64,000 nt of DNA from Trichosphaerium sp. ATCC 40318 (taxonomy: Eukaryota > Protista > Tubulinea): NCBI GenBank assembly GCA_038496445.1, contig JALMLS010000216.1:186001-250000 (forward strand), given 5' to 3'. This document shows, in pieces, positions 13,076-29,500 of the stretch (positions are counted from its first letter, which is position 1; every line of letters begins with the position of its first letter). The notes below the pieces were generated by a model. That model was not told the DNA's origin and made no database searches. It saw nothing but the letters and a program-made list of their open reading frames with translations. The position numbers were made by a program, and so were the translations under genes.

Positions 13076-13636
13076 TTCTGCCTTAAAAGCTTTATACCGC
13101 GTTGATTTACGCGTAGGATTGTTATTTGATGTACAAATGTAAGTTTTAAAGTGTTTTTTACACAACAACATCGTATATTCAGAACAAATACAATTTAGCG
13201 ATGTGTGACGCTATTCTTATCTTTAAAACAATAATAAACAAAAGGAATGAGTCAACAGAATTAACAGAAAATAGTCGTGTGTCAAATGCCAAAAACGCGC
13301 GTAGACGACGAAAAGATAAAAAGATGAAAATGTAGACACCATAAATAAGACTGTTATTATGAGATTGATATTATTATGCTTGCTTTTTTCCTATTTACAA
13401 TGTACAATGTGAAATTTTAATAATTTTCTTCGTTTTTTTGGTTTTTTTTTTTCGTTTTGTATTTAGGGGTTCCAAAAGGGCTTGAAAATTGGTGGTGTGT
13501 CGGCCTCTTTTGTTTTTAGGTTAATTTAGGGGGTGCTTATTACATAAAAAATCCGGAATAGAGCTCTACAAAATAGACAAAGAGTTCCATCAAACGTCTT
13601 AAAAAGGTTGTTAAAAGACTATTAAAAGATAAACCC

Positions 13637-15007
13637 TTAATAGTATTTTTTGTCTTCTTCTCCTTCTCCTCCTCCGGTGTTGTTATAAAATCGTCTTTGT
13701 TGAGTGGGTGGACTATTTTGGTGATGGTTTGTGGTTGGTTGATAATGATTAAACGTGTAGCTTATCTGCATGGGGTCTATAATAAAATAGAAAGGAAAGA
13801 GTTAGTCATCTTTTAAAGTGTCGAAAAAACTAATAAAAAAAAGGATGGAAATAAAACAATTTTATGTAAATAGTATACTGCAATAAACTACGTAGTATCA
13901 AGTACAAACAAAAAAAGACACTATGTGTTGTATATTTGTTCTAATAGCGGAGGCTATCATAACAAGAAAAAGAAAATACAAAGCGTTCAGAGGATGTCAG
14001 AAAAATGACAAAAAAATCTTTCCGAAAAAAAAAGGTATTTTAAAGTTGAAATGTCAGTAAATAAATTCTGTCTATAACATTCGACTACTTAAAACGTACC
14101 ATACGAATTACTCTGCTGTGTTGGTTCTGTAGCTTCTTTACCTTTATACCGTGGGTCTGGTTCAACACATGACTCTGAGGCTCCATCGTTGCGCATTTGA
14201 GCAGCAATGTCAATAGCAGGTGAAGGTAGCACTGGTTTCGGGCCAACAGGTGTACTTTGTCGCGTCATTGTATCATTATTTGTCTCATCTGCACTGTCGT
14301 CTTGATCTAGACGTTGTAGCTCTTGTATAAGAGAAGATAATTTTTCGGTATGTCGGCCACTACGTTTTGGATTTCGCCGTGGTGGCTCTGCGTTCTTTAT
14401 AACCCTTACAGCAGGCATTGAAAGACGTCTTTTTCTCCTTTGAGCCTTTTTAAATGATGGTGGTGGCTCCCATTCCTTGTCACTATCCGAGTTGGGCGAA
14501 GTAGAACCACTGCCACTGGACGAGCCAGATACTACTCAAGAAAACAAAAAGTAAGGTTCGGATACAGAATACCAGAAAATTTATACACGGGATACAAAAT
14601 TTGAGCTCAATTTCGATTAAAACCGATGTAATATGTATGAACGCATAATGTATAACAGTATAATAATAAAAACAAAGTGTAATGATTAAATTAAATGTAG
14701 CGCCACACGTAAAAGTCAAAGAATGACCATTTAACGTGTCTAAGCGCGCTTTCTATATGTAAATAAACGTACGTGATGGCATATTAGCAGTTCCACGAGG
14801 GTACATTCTCACAAAATGCGGTAGGTACTTCAATGCAAAATTCTGCTTCTCTTCGCTTGTCAGGTTGGTGCCAGTTGAATGCCATAGTGGATTTGTGTCT
14901 AGCTCTGTCACAATAATTTGAAAACACTTTCTATGATGTTCTAGGTTACTTCTGAGCGTCTGTACAGCTTTGTTATATCGTTCTTCCTTCTCGCTCTCTT
15001 CCGCCAT
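13637..15007 (-). CDS. Uncharacterised low-complexity protein (3 exons)
   Basis: Exons starting MAEESEKEERY, LSGSSSGSGSTSP...QQSNSY and DPMQISY...KKYY* join in frame through GT-AG introns; no recognisable domain. Confidence 0.55.
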
Positions 15008-15575
15008 ACTTTTGCAGACAATACGTTATTAAACGCCAATGCCTTGACGAAAAGCACAGAGTACCCGACGTGGCTGTTCGAGTTAAAGAGAAAATGTCTT
15101 GCTTGTTTCGCCCCTAGAAGCAGTCACAGCTACTTCGCAGGGTGTCCCTCTATAAATACGTGGGTACCCGCTGCGGTGCTTACGCGTTCAGAACAGTTTC
15201 TATTGTCAGATATTCTGGCTGAGGCTTTCTGTTTTTGTCAGAAAACCACTAAAAAACAAAAGTACAACTTAAGTTTATTAGTTACACAAAAATTTTATTT
15301 ACAACTCACACGTAATTTCTGCAAGTTTATAAATGCGTTACACGTGAAAAAAAGCTTTTTTTACTTATTATTTCTGGTTTTATCAGAATTTTTTTTTTTG
15401 GTGCATTATAACAAGGAGTACTACCATATATTTGTTTTTTTCTCATGTGTTTATTGTACAATTCACGAAACAACCAGGAAAGAGAGTTTTTTGAATTTTT
15501 CAAAAAAAAAAAACTAACCAAACGGTTCTCGGGGCGTGTGAAGCGTCTTAGAAAAAACAGACGTCACAAGTCACT

Positions 15576-18178
<2,603 letters not shown>

Positions 18179-18615
18179 TTTGTTTAGGAGCCTGTATCGT
18201 TACTTTTTTTAATGGTTTTTGTAAACAAATTTTCTTGCTTTACGCTATTGTGTACGCACACAACCGTTCGTCAGTATTGGTACGTGATATTGAAACCAGG
18301 CGACCGCCTCAATCGCTTAACCAACTAGGTTTTTTTGTACTTCTCCTCTCTCAACTCCTACAATTGTAGCTTATAGGCCAAAAAAAAACTAACGAGGAGT
18401 ATTCACACCGGTGTGAACCACAAACGGGTTTCTGGCTCTAAGATAAAAAAGAACATCCAAAAACCTGAAATGCTACCTCCGAGGAAGACACAACGAGATT
18501 CCCATGCGAACAGCCCGTACAAATATCCATCTGTAAATGCGCCTATAAAAAGCCTCATCATCGCGGTACAATGATTCAATAAAACGTGTTCACTGACGTT
18601 TTAAACCTGAACCAA

Positions 18616-19828
18616 CTACCAAACATTTATTCTGTCTTGGCTACACTCGGATGCAAACGTTACAAGCGAATCTTCTTTATCGTTTTCTAGACGTTGCTGG
18701 AGCTGTTCGTTAGCTGTAGCGTTACCATTGAGCATATAGTCAAGCCACAATGACGTGTAAGCAGAAACCATCTCGTGTTGTTCATCTATTTTCTTTAGCT
18801 GTTTTCCTTTTTGGCAGCCAATAGCTTCTTCTGCTAGTTCGCAAGCATCCAATTCAATCTTGTAGCTATTAGATAAAATAGGTGAACAATTCAAGATTTT
18901 AAGGAAGTACCGTTGGTGCTTGAGTGTATCTGCAATGCGTCCCGTTGATGATATTTATAAGTGTCTTACAAGAAGATTTGACGTCTTTGTAGTAAACATC
19001 TGCTGTCGTTTTAGGTGGACAGAAGCAGTCATTGCTCGCTGTTACAGCCAGAATAGCTTTATATAACATTAGCGCAACAATGGTGGGTGGTGCTGACGTA
19101 CGTAGCCTCAAGGTTGAAACGTATTTAGAAACATCCTCAAAATTTGGGCATCCAGAAAGTGACACGACATTATCGAATTGTATTGGACTGTGAGGTGCGT
19201 AGATTGAGCTACTTGCAACAATGCTACTTACACCACCAAGTGACATCCCTGCTGCCGTGTACTTATCGCCTACGATGTTGTATAGAGGCCACGAAGTATC
19301 ATTTGATGCTTGAGAGACAATTTGTTCTAACAGAAAAAACTGATCCTTCGCATAATCTGTGGTTTGTGCCAATGGGTCGCTGTCGCGTCAAATATTAGTG
19401 TCAGTTGTTTTAAGTAAATGATACCTTTCGTAACTGCCTAAAATAATCAATACTTATTGCTAGCGCTACTGGCGTGCCTGCCATTACCATGATAATGCCC
19501 TTTGGTACTACAGCTTCCCACAAATAACTGAACCTGTTTTTCGGGTTAAAACAAAGTGATACTGAAATCTAATGGGCATGCCATGATCCAGAGCATAGAT
19601 AACAGTGAAAATATACAACCAAAGGAAATTTCTCACTAAAAATCTCAGCGGTTATTTTGAGGCGTGTTTGTACTTGGCTACTGGTTCTGGGTAGTAAATA
19701 AGCGTAGGAATATCATGATTGCCAAGTTTAAACGATCGCGTTGTTTGTTTGATCTTATATGGCTGAACGCAACACCCAAAAGCTAATAAAGTACACACCA
19801 CCAACGCAAGGAGTCGCGGTAGAGACAT
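18616..19828 (-). CDS. Secreted alpha/beta hydrolase (chlorophyllase/PAF-AH-like)
   Basis: Signal peptide MSLPRLLALVVCTLLAFG; FPLVVYFH; nucleophile motif AGMSLGG; ASNDC (Asp); NGTHC (His). Confidence 0.7.
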
Positions 19829-20082
19829 TGTCTGCTCATTGACCGCTAATGGAACTTTTTACAGTCTACAAAACGTAGTGCTATTCAATAACAAGGTACC
19901 ACATTACAGTGATACGGTACCAAGCTTACCGCTAAAATACAATGCTCCGTGCCGAAAACAAAGAAATTTCACATGTTTTTAGGCAAAACAAAATTGGCCG
20001 ATTCCACCAGAAAAGCCGAAAATATCTGGAATTTCCGGGCTATTGCGACCCGATCAAAGCATAGCAATATCATCCAACAACA

Positions 20083-20959
20083 ATGACAACTACTTACAAA
20101 CTCACATACTTTAACTGGCGCGGATTGGGAGAGGCTGCTAGGTATATGTTTGCACTTGCTGGCAAAGGTACAACAAGAAGCTAGCTACAACTTATTGATA
20201 ATTTGATGGCATAGAATTTACAGATGTACGCTACAATAGTAAAGAAGATAAAGAGTGGCTCGCACTTAAGCCTTCAACACCTTTTGGCCAAGCTCCATTG
20301 CTTGAGGTTACCGTAGATGGAAAATGTACAACTTTGCCTTTTTTGGTTTTTTCAGATGTTCTGACTCATATTTAGCTTCCGTTTTTGGACAGTCATCAGC
20401 AATCAACAGATTCTTGGCACAAGAATTCGGGTACATGGGTAGCAACAAAATGGAGGCGTTCCTCATTGACTCTGTCTGTACGTTTTCACAACAAGCATAC
20501 AAAACAAGCCACTAATCTAAACAGATGAAACGTTGAATGAGCTGTTCTATAAATGGGCATTTACAATGTTTCGTAAACCTGAACTTGATAGACCTGCACT
20601 AAAAAAGTGGTTTGACGAAGTTACTGTACCTGGTGTACTAGCAAAGTTAGATGTCCTTTGGGGACAAACAGAGGTAACCAGCTTTCGCAACAAGGCCGTT
20701 TTTAACACATTCATAAAAGGGACCGTACCTGCTTGGAGATAAGATATCACTCGCCGATATTATGTACGCTCGTATGACAGATGCTTTTGATTGCGACGCA
20801 AAGATATCCAAGCAATTTCCGAACATGCAAAAAGTCAGGTACAACAAACAAAAGAGCAAATCATGTTTTACTTTGGTACTCATTTTTTTAATCAACAGGG
20901 AAGTTACTGATGTGCTGATGAAAGACTGGCGTACAAAAAGACCTCAAACACCATTGTAA
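20083..20959 (+). CDS. Glutathione S-transferase (sigma-like)
   Basis: YKLTYFNWRGLGEAARYMFALAG, KPSTPFGQAPLLE, GQSSAINRFLA, C-terminal DWRTKRPQTPL. Confidence 0.9.
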
Positions 20960-21028
20960 TGATCAAATAAACCACACTATATATACCTTTTATTATTAAT
21001 ACTTTTGTTACGAATTGTTTTTCTTTCT

Positions 21029-23524
21029 TCAAGATTTTTCTGTTACAACAACATTACACATTGAGCTACGAAGATAGCACATTGAAAATGTATCTACAAG
21101 AATATCATTAACCTCACTTGCAATAAATTTCACGTACCAGATATACATTTAACAGTTAAGGCGAGTTCTGAAGCGTCTTCTACTAGTGCGGAGTGGAGTA
21201 AATCGAAAACATCAATCTCATAAAATCCAGGTTCGCCTGTTGTTTGAATTACACCTGCAGTTTCTCCTTCCGATACATTATTGAAAGCAACACCAGACTC
21301 ATTGAAAGGATTAATTCGTGTCACTTGGAGATCACAAACTCCAGTCAGAGTGGCTTCAACGTCCAAAGTGATATAGGCGTGATTTAAATTATGTTCAGAT
21401 AAATCTTCTATGTCGAACTAAACCATTTCTTGTAAGCTTGTTTGTTTTTTTGAAACAAAATATACCTGTATGAGAGCGTCGTAGGCATATTGCGGATCTG
21501 TATAGTATCTATATAAAAAGTAAGCCAACGTTGTAGACATTGTAGAGGAGTACCTAATAGGTAGATATTCGTAGCTTGGTAGATGTTGCTCTGGGAATCG
21601 TGGTGACACGTATGATGAACCACTTGGAGGCATCTTTTTACGAATGTTAACTCCGGCCTTATTAGAATATAATACGTACTTGTATAATTTCAGTTGGTAC
21701 TCCTGGAGGACAGCTTAAGAGCTCAACTGCAGAGGCAATAGCAATTTTTACAAATTTCGCTGAATGATCGAAGTCTATTCGTTTTCTTTTGTTAATCACG
21801 TGACAACGATAATAGTATGCTTACCTAAGTTATCTACAGTATCGGCACTTTGATGTATATTTGGATTTAAACTTGAAAAATGAGTCTCAAAGGTAAAGGC
21901 AGCTGGGAAATAATTCTACAATAGCTAGGTTAAAATAGGATTTTTTCTCAATATTTTCGGACGTACTCCATGCCAACTTGCATGATCAGAGCAACCGTAA
22001 TAACATAAAGCACGTGTAAAAGTACCAACGTAAGTTGTTATAATCATTTCAAGAAAATCATTCAAGTCAGGGTCAGTATAATCAGATATTATTGCAACTT
22101 CATCTATTTGAGAATTAAATCATGTTGCTTTATTTCAATCTCTACGTACCTGTGCTGTGATGCCCTGTCATGTCAAAGTTAAGATATGAATATACTTTCT
22201 TGTTTTCATTAGCGTATTTGGTAGATATATCTATGTATAATTAATCAAGTAAAGTACTATAACACCCAAGAGATTGTACCCAAACTTCCAAGCAAACCAA
22301 CCTAAAATAGGAACTTGTCAGGTTTGCTCACCGTTTTTGGTATCGTACCTCTTCTGCAGCGTATGCATGGAATTCTAACGTACGCCTAGCCCCTTTATGA
22401 GTACTTATATACTCAATCATTGCTTGGAAAGCCTAGACAAGGAGGTATTAGTAAAAGCCATTAGTTGAACTTTTGTACAAGAAGTATGGTTGCAACACCC
22501 GATGCATTATCGTCAGCGCCAGGAGCTCTGCTTGGAATACCATCACAATTCCTTTGACACTATCAATTGTTAAAATGCGGCCGTAGTACATAATACAGGT
22601 ACTATTGAGTCCAAGTGAGCACCAAAAATAATACTCTAAAAGAAAGTTAATAGACCGCACGCGTGACGTTTGGGTAATTATTTTATTTTCGTACTTCTTC
22701 CGCAAGATAGCCTTTTCCGTGGATTCTGGAAGTGTGTTTATGTTAGTAATTTGTCCTGGTATACTATCCGCGTACTTGGCAATGACTGATGGTTGTATAA
22801 AATCTGCATGCTCATAGAAGTTTACCTTGAAAAAAAAAGTGACTATTTCGCTTTCTTTGTTGAACAAAACTCCTTACTTCCACGTCATCTCCTAAATACG
22901 ATCCTGCATCGTTTTCAAATTGTTCTAGTATCCAATGCGCTGCGTCCACACCAAAAGTAGATTCATAGTACCTGAATACACAATATTTTAAACGTAAGCT
23001 TATTATAGGATATACCTCGTTACAAAACTGGAAAGATAAGTAACAATATCTTCAATATCGGTTGCATTTACTTGAGCTATTAAATCGTTTACGTCTTGTG
23101 TATGGCTTGCAGAACTAATAAAGTGTTTAGAGAGCGATTATAAACGTAAAACAATACATACCCAGGAAACGGACTAACAACACCACCTACAAAAACATGT
23201 TAAGAATATCACGTGATACTTTTTGTACAATGACGCACGTTTCTTATTAAATGAACCTAGAACGAAGTTTGGGTTGTCTGTAATATCAACAAAACGTGAC
23301 AGAGCACCAGGAGTCTAAAAAAGACAAATTAACCCAATACACCAGTTTTTCTGCATGTAATGCGATTTGTTTAATACCCCTAGCTCCTTCACTTGCTCTT
23401 TTGTAAGCCATTGATGGTCTGTATCAGAAAATGCGATGAGTCTTTTGCTGTCAGGCGTATTTTGAGCCCCGGATATGCTCCATGATACCACAAGGATGAG
23501 TACTATTATTATATGCATTGTCAT
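21029..23524 (-). CDS. Secreted M28 leucyl aminopeptidase with C-terminal beta-sandwich (DNRLRE/CBM96-like) extension
   Basis: Signal peptide; IILGAHLDSI (as predicted), APGADDNASG, EFHAYAAEEVGLLGS, YLNFDMTG, CYYGCSDHASWH, PNIHQSADT motifs of the M28 family, followed by ~170 extra residues. Confidence 0.85.
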
Positions 23525-23849
23525 CCAGCTAACGCTTTATTATCCAAATGAAAACACCTTTTTTTCTGTAGTTAGGAAGTTCGTCATATGACTTAAAATG
23601 TTTTAGTCACTTTTGTAGACACACTCTTGTGTACTCAAAGACTATTGGTCACACTGAAACAAGCTATGTTTCTACTGTACAATTGAAACAAGTGTGGCAA
23701 ATAAGGCGCTGTTTTACTTAAGTACGGAACGACGTAAGTCTTGCTCCTTGTCGTCTATGTAATTGAAGAGTACGGTGTAACTGGGTGTTTATAAAAATAG
23801 CGAAATAGATTTACCAAAAAACATCATTCTCGCTTACAACACACTATAA

Positions 23850-25969
23850 ATGCATCACATAACTGCATTTTTTTATTCTACGCAATGTCGTGTTGCTAGA
23901 TACCCTATGCGGGCAATTATGATTGGGTTAGCCCTTGTACAAGTTTTAATAGGCTCTGGAGTTGTATACGGATGGGCTTCACTGCTACTACGTGCGTTAC
24001 AAGCGAATGAAGATGTTTAACCGTTCCGCCTTGTTGAAACGTCATAGTGCTGAAGAAAGAAGGCGTCTACTCGGAGAGTTGTGCTCCAGGCGAAGAAATT
24101 GTAAGTGTACATCGTACATTTGTACTGAACGACTTGACGTTCAATGACGACGTCATAGAAGAATAGGCTGTAAGCGCTAACAGCCTTTTTTAGTGTCCAG
24201 AGCAAGAATTAAAATTAAATCTTGTTTACACTGTAGCTATAAGCGTCTTGGTGGCGGCCAGCTTACCAGTTGGTATGCTAATGGACTGGTAAGGCTTTCT
24301 GATTTTATTAGCAAGTTTGGCCTAATTTATCAAATAGGATTGGTGCAAGGCGTACTATAGCGCTAGGGTGGGTAGGATTTCTATCAGGATGTCTTGTTTT
24401 TGCCTTTTCAAGCGCTGGCACGTACCATAGAAAACAACTCACGCCTTTTTTGTATTTTTCACTTTTTTCAAATAACTGAGTTTGTAGATTTTGATGCTTA
24501 CATTTATGGGTATACAATGATTGCTATGTCTGGTATGGCTGTATACTTCTCTATATTCAAATCTAGGTGAGCAATAAGAGCTGTAGATAAGCCTTTAATT
24601 GTATTTTTGTTTATAGCCAAGCTTGGGGTGCTCTACAGAAGCGTGTACAAGTTTTAGTCACGTGTACTTTTGATGCCAGTTCTGGCGTTTTCCTTGCTTT
24701 TTGGGTACGTAAAGAAACGTGTATGAAGACTTATTTTGGCTTCCAAATATTAGTACCTATCTAAGCTTGATGATTCCATAACGGTTCTACAATTTTTCTC
24801 GTATTATACTATTCCAGTAGCCGTTATCGCAGTTGTATACCTTTTTATATGGCCTAAAGGTGTAACAGGTATATTTTAAAAGTTATAAAAAGCTATCACG
24901 TGGCTTAGTAAATTTGCCCAGGTGATCCTGTTCCAAAGTCGAATGAAGTGAAAGTTGAATTAGACAAAGACGATTCAACACCTTCAGATGAGAAGTCTGT
25001 AGATTTAGATGATAAAACACCTCTAATATCTAGTAATGACTCATCTGGAGAAGTAGCTTTCAGCAAACTTGCTGACCTACCTTTTTGGTAAGCCGTTTTT
25101 GTTTGGCTTGATGCTTGCTAAAGCTGTTTTAAGGAAGCAGGTTTTAACGCCTGAGTTTATCATCTATGAGTTGTACTTGATGGTCGCTACTATGTGGTTA
25201 AACATGTACTTTGGTACTGTAGAAGCGCGAATGTTACAGTTTCTACCTCAAGACAGAGGTACGTGAAAGTGTTTTATGGCATGTGTTAATATTAGGTAGT
25301 TGTCTTTCTTGTTGAGATGTTCAGTCTCATTCTCCCTGCGAGTTTTCTTGTAGCGCCAGTTATAAGTACATACCTTGTTATCAGTACTTTAATGACTAAT
25401 ATTTTGACAGGTTACTTGTCTGTGCTACCACACTCATTTCACTTTTGGTGTATTCACATGAGTGGTATTCTTTTCTCAATGCTTATTTTTTTAAAGTTTG
25501 AGTGGGTGTTGTACCCAACGTTCATTCTGTTCTCGTGTTATAGAATGATGTGCGTTAATAAATACAATACAGGATTTACTTGCTAACCATGAATCAAAGG
25601 TTTTACGCAACAGTAAACACGTATATTGTAACCGTTTTTGGCTTTAAAAACTTGGGTAAACTTCTTGGATTGGCTGGTGCAATTGCAGGTATGTACTAAC
25701 ACGTGATAAAAATTCGTCATGTGTGATGTTAATAAAATATAGGGGCGTTTAATGCTATCCAATATTGGTTCTTGGAGCTTGTGTTTGACACATACGATGG
25801 TAAATTCTTAGTAATTGATTACATACAGTTGGGTCCGTTTTACTTTACAAAAGCCTTTTGATATCAACTAACGCTTTCTTTACTTACAGGATCATACCTG
25901 GTCTTGACTATATTCCCTATTTACTTAATGACATCATGGCATAGAAGACACTTTAATCATCTGCGATAA
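23850..25969 (+). CDS. MFS transporter, SLC43/LAT3/Fmp42-like
   Basis: GSGVVYGWASLL, TCTFDASSGVF, MWLNMYFGTV, FGFKNLGKLLGLAG; many TM segments in short exons. Confidence 0.8.
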
Positions 25970-26160
25970 GGCGATGAGTCAACAAATGTAAAAAATGTAC
26001 AATGCTACCTTTCGGTTGTTTTACCCTTTTTTTTTCTTTATTTTTTGGTTTGGCATAGCGACTAGCGCATGTGCCAATGAGACAAAAATTGTGTTCTAGA
26101 GTAACCCATAACGGCGTTATCTTACTTTAGCCACCCGAACAATGTGCATTACGGGCTGTT

Positions 26161-28879
26161 CTAAAGTAGTGGCTCTGCCTACATGATCACAGAAGACACA
26201 GAACAGGTACGTAAACTTTGAGGTATTCAGAAATAGAAAACAAGAATAATAACGAAAAAACCTGTGGTTTTGCTCGTTCAAATTTCTTGGCGAAGTACCA
26301 TATGTAATACTCTATATTCCTTGTCAACACAGTGCGTTGTTTTGCCCAGAAGTCGAACAAAAAAAGAAATGAGGCTATTGTGGCCTCATTCTGTGAATTT
26401 CACTTTCTCTTTGAACTCTTGCAACAATACATTACTATCACGTGTGTTATTCTCTCAATTCAGTCACTCTATTTTTGCTCGAAATTATTTTTACTACATA
26501 CAATACAACGATTAGTTTACAATAACAAAAAAAAACCAGTAGTGCTCTGAGATAGTCCAGGTTTCTTTGCTTTTTCTTTTCCATTTTTCTTCTTTTTTTG
26601 AAAGAAAAAATCATCAAAAGTCACTACTTGTTAGCAACAATACCAGCCCTTACATAATGTTTAGGCACCGGTTGCGTAAAATGTGCAATATGACTCTCAT
26701 TTCTAGATGAAAGACGTGCACTTTTACGAGGAGGTGTTTTGACACTTTTTTGTTCAATAGGAGCTGGAGCTGTTACTGTTTTAATTGTTCCTGGATGATC
26801 ATCAGGTGCTGTTTTCTGAGGTGAGTCTGTGTTGAGGAACTGCATGACAGACGCTGGTGAACACTCAGGTTCATTGACTTGAGGTGTTGCGTCCGAGAAA
26901 CTTGGGTTAATTGGAGGTACAGGATCCTGTGGTTGTTCGGCTATCGAAAAGTTAATCAAATACATCAAATGAGTCATAATCACCAAACCAAAAAACAGAC
27001 GCTTGTTTTCATAAATGCAACCACATAAATCACTCATCATTATCATTATAGCAGCGTATTGTACATTAACGATATGGTGATAGAATGACACGTGAAGTAT
27101 TCTCAGAAGCCGGAAAAAAAAGAAAAGATCACATGGGCAAAAACCTGGTTGATTTCAAAAAATAACACACGTGTATTTATCTCCGTACCCTGTGATAATC
27201 CCAGTCTCTTCAAAATCTCGTTGTCATCATGTATCTGGAAAGGCATAGAAAAATCAAAAAAGTACTCGCTACGATCCTCACTCATTTCGCATTCAATAAC
27301 AGTTTCTTTCTTTGTGTGTATGATGATAAAAGGTAAAAATAATTTCTCATCGGTATCTGTGGTGTCTATGTTTGGTTGCTTGTTTCTATTCAATAAGCTC
27401 TTATAAAGCATAAACTAGTATGACATAAGTATAAACAAGTACCAGAGAGAAGAATAAAGCTATTTGAAAGACCAAAAGTACGACGTAAACTCGAGGAAAA
27501 TCAATTCTAGGAAAGACAAACAAAAAACAGCGGAAAGCATCCAGAATAACTCTGCGTATTCCATGGATACACTCAAAATAGTTTATGTACCTGTGTATCA
27601 AGATCTTGTAAATACTCTGTTTTACGCTTTATTCGCTCAGCTAATTTATCCTTTTCAGCCTATATACATTAATAAGAAGGTAACAGCGCCAAGAATAAAC
27701 GAAATTGTGATGTTGAAAACGGAGTTGAAAAAAAACCCAAAAAGTCCTTGACTTGTGGTTGTTGATTTTTTTTTGGGTGCGCTTTCTTGCCTGTAAATTG
27801 TGTAGCTCTTCTTTTCCAGTTGTTGGTAGTCCAATCCATCGAATATCTTTTTTCTCCTTTGAAATTATATCCATTGCACGTAAAACGTTCAAAGCATCAT
27901 ATACACGTCGTCTAATATTTTTCTAGAAGGACAACCGATAAGCAACCACACGAAGACCAAAAAAAAGTGTACAAAAAATAATTTATACTTTTGGAATTCT
28001 GTACTACGCACCTGATCTACCACTTTATCGTCACCCTCTTCGCGTGCAACTTCTGCTACTAGTTCATCTGCAACCTGGGAAACATAATTCAGTATCAAAG
28101 TATCCGAAAAGCGACAGTGGCGTTCACAAATACAAAAAAGTTGTAATCTTCTCCAGTGTTTTTTTTTTTTTTGCTGAACAAACGCCGTTGTGGTTCTGCT
28201 GTTGCTCAAAAAAATGACTAACCTCGTTGTATGTCGTTTGACCTTTTTGTTGTACTTTGAGGCACACTTGCTTTGAGAAATGTCTTAGACCTTTGCACAC
28301 GGCTTTCCGCCGTTTAGTAGCACTCCCTTCAGTGATCTCTGCCTTCTCTTCGCGCGCTGGCGTGTGCTTCCTTTTGCGACCTCTTTTGGTTGTAGTTGGC
28401 TCCTCTTTTATGACTGTTGCTTTGATAGGTTGTTTATCATCTTTCGTTACTGGTTTAGCAACTTGTGGAGGTTCGAGCTTTAGTTTTGTTTCTAACAAGC
28501 CTGCAGTATCCTCTTCGCGAATATTAATTTCATACAATAGATACTATTTAAACTACTTTTAGCGTGAACGCACCGGTGTTATAAGTTCGCAACTCTGGTA
28601 TACCATCGCCTTGTATCCAACCAATACGTTTACCGAACTCTTCCAAGCCAAGTTCTTTTGCAGTGTTTAAAATATCGCATTGTAGGTAATTTTGGTCATA
28701 AGATGAAGATAAAGAGTCCGTTACAGTCGGTATAGTGTCTGTGAAAGCAGAGGTGGGGAAATAATCTTGTAATAACATTAAATTGTTACTTGGAGGATTA
28801 AAAACAATAGGTTTGTTGCGACATATTTTATTTTATGTTTGTTCTTACTTGGATCATAAACTGAAGAATCCCAGCTCAT
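26161..28879 (-). CDS. TFDP: E2F dimerisation partner DP transcription factor
   Basis: [71 protein letters not shown]...[30 protein letters not shown]. The last exon is uncertain (the stop could be at 26624). Confidence 0.92.
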
Positions 28880-29500
28880 TTTTTCAGTATTCGTGCATCT
28901 CACACTCCCGCGCCTTTTTTTTTGAAACTGCTTGACAAAAGTTTTGTGTATTAAAACCTCATAATTACACGAGTTTTAGCGCCAAGCCGTTACATGTTCA
29001 TGCATTTGAGTACGCGACCGTGGTGATTGTTATTAGAGAAAGGGAGTTGACGCAAACAACAGTTTGTCCATTTTACCCTTAGCAAGCAATGTAGGCTCAT
29101 CTATTGTGAGCTGAGGCGTTTGCTAATAATCTAGCGCTTGCTGTTGCGAGGTAAACAGCGAAAACCTTGAAACATTACATTTTTTGACTGGTAAAAATGA
29201 CACTTTGGGTTGTGTAGCGATTGACACCGATAATACACTATATACTGTACTGACAACTATCAGCCTATCCCGGTAGAACCTAAACTTCCCTGTTTACTTA
29301 TTCGGGAGGCTAGATGTAACGCTATCACTTACGCGACAAGCACAAAAAGACGCACTATGATGTAGCGTTCTTACTTGTCATGGCTTCTACTCGTTTTAGT
29401 GTAAGGCCGATACTTGCACAACGCCCGAAACATCGGAAAACTCGTCTTTTTTGTGATTGTTTAAGAATACCATACTACAAGCACAACACATTAACCTGAG

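Noticed and set aside
18402-18417. Perfect 16-bp palindrome TTCACACCGGTGTGAA upstream of MAPK, with an adjacent short open frame
   Set aside because: Single occurrence; no recognisable ncRNA or convincing gene start.
28900-28990. E2F-like sites (CTCCCGCG, TTGGCGC) upstream of the DP gene
   Set aside because: Imperfect short matches expected by chance.
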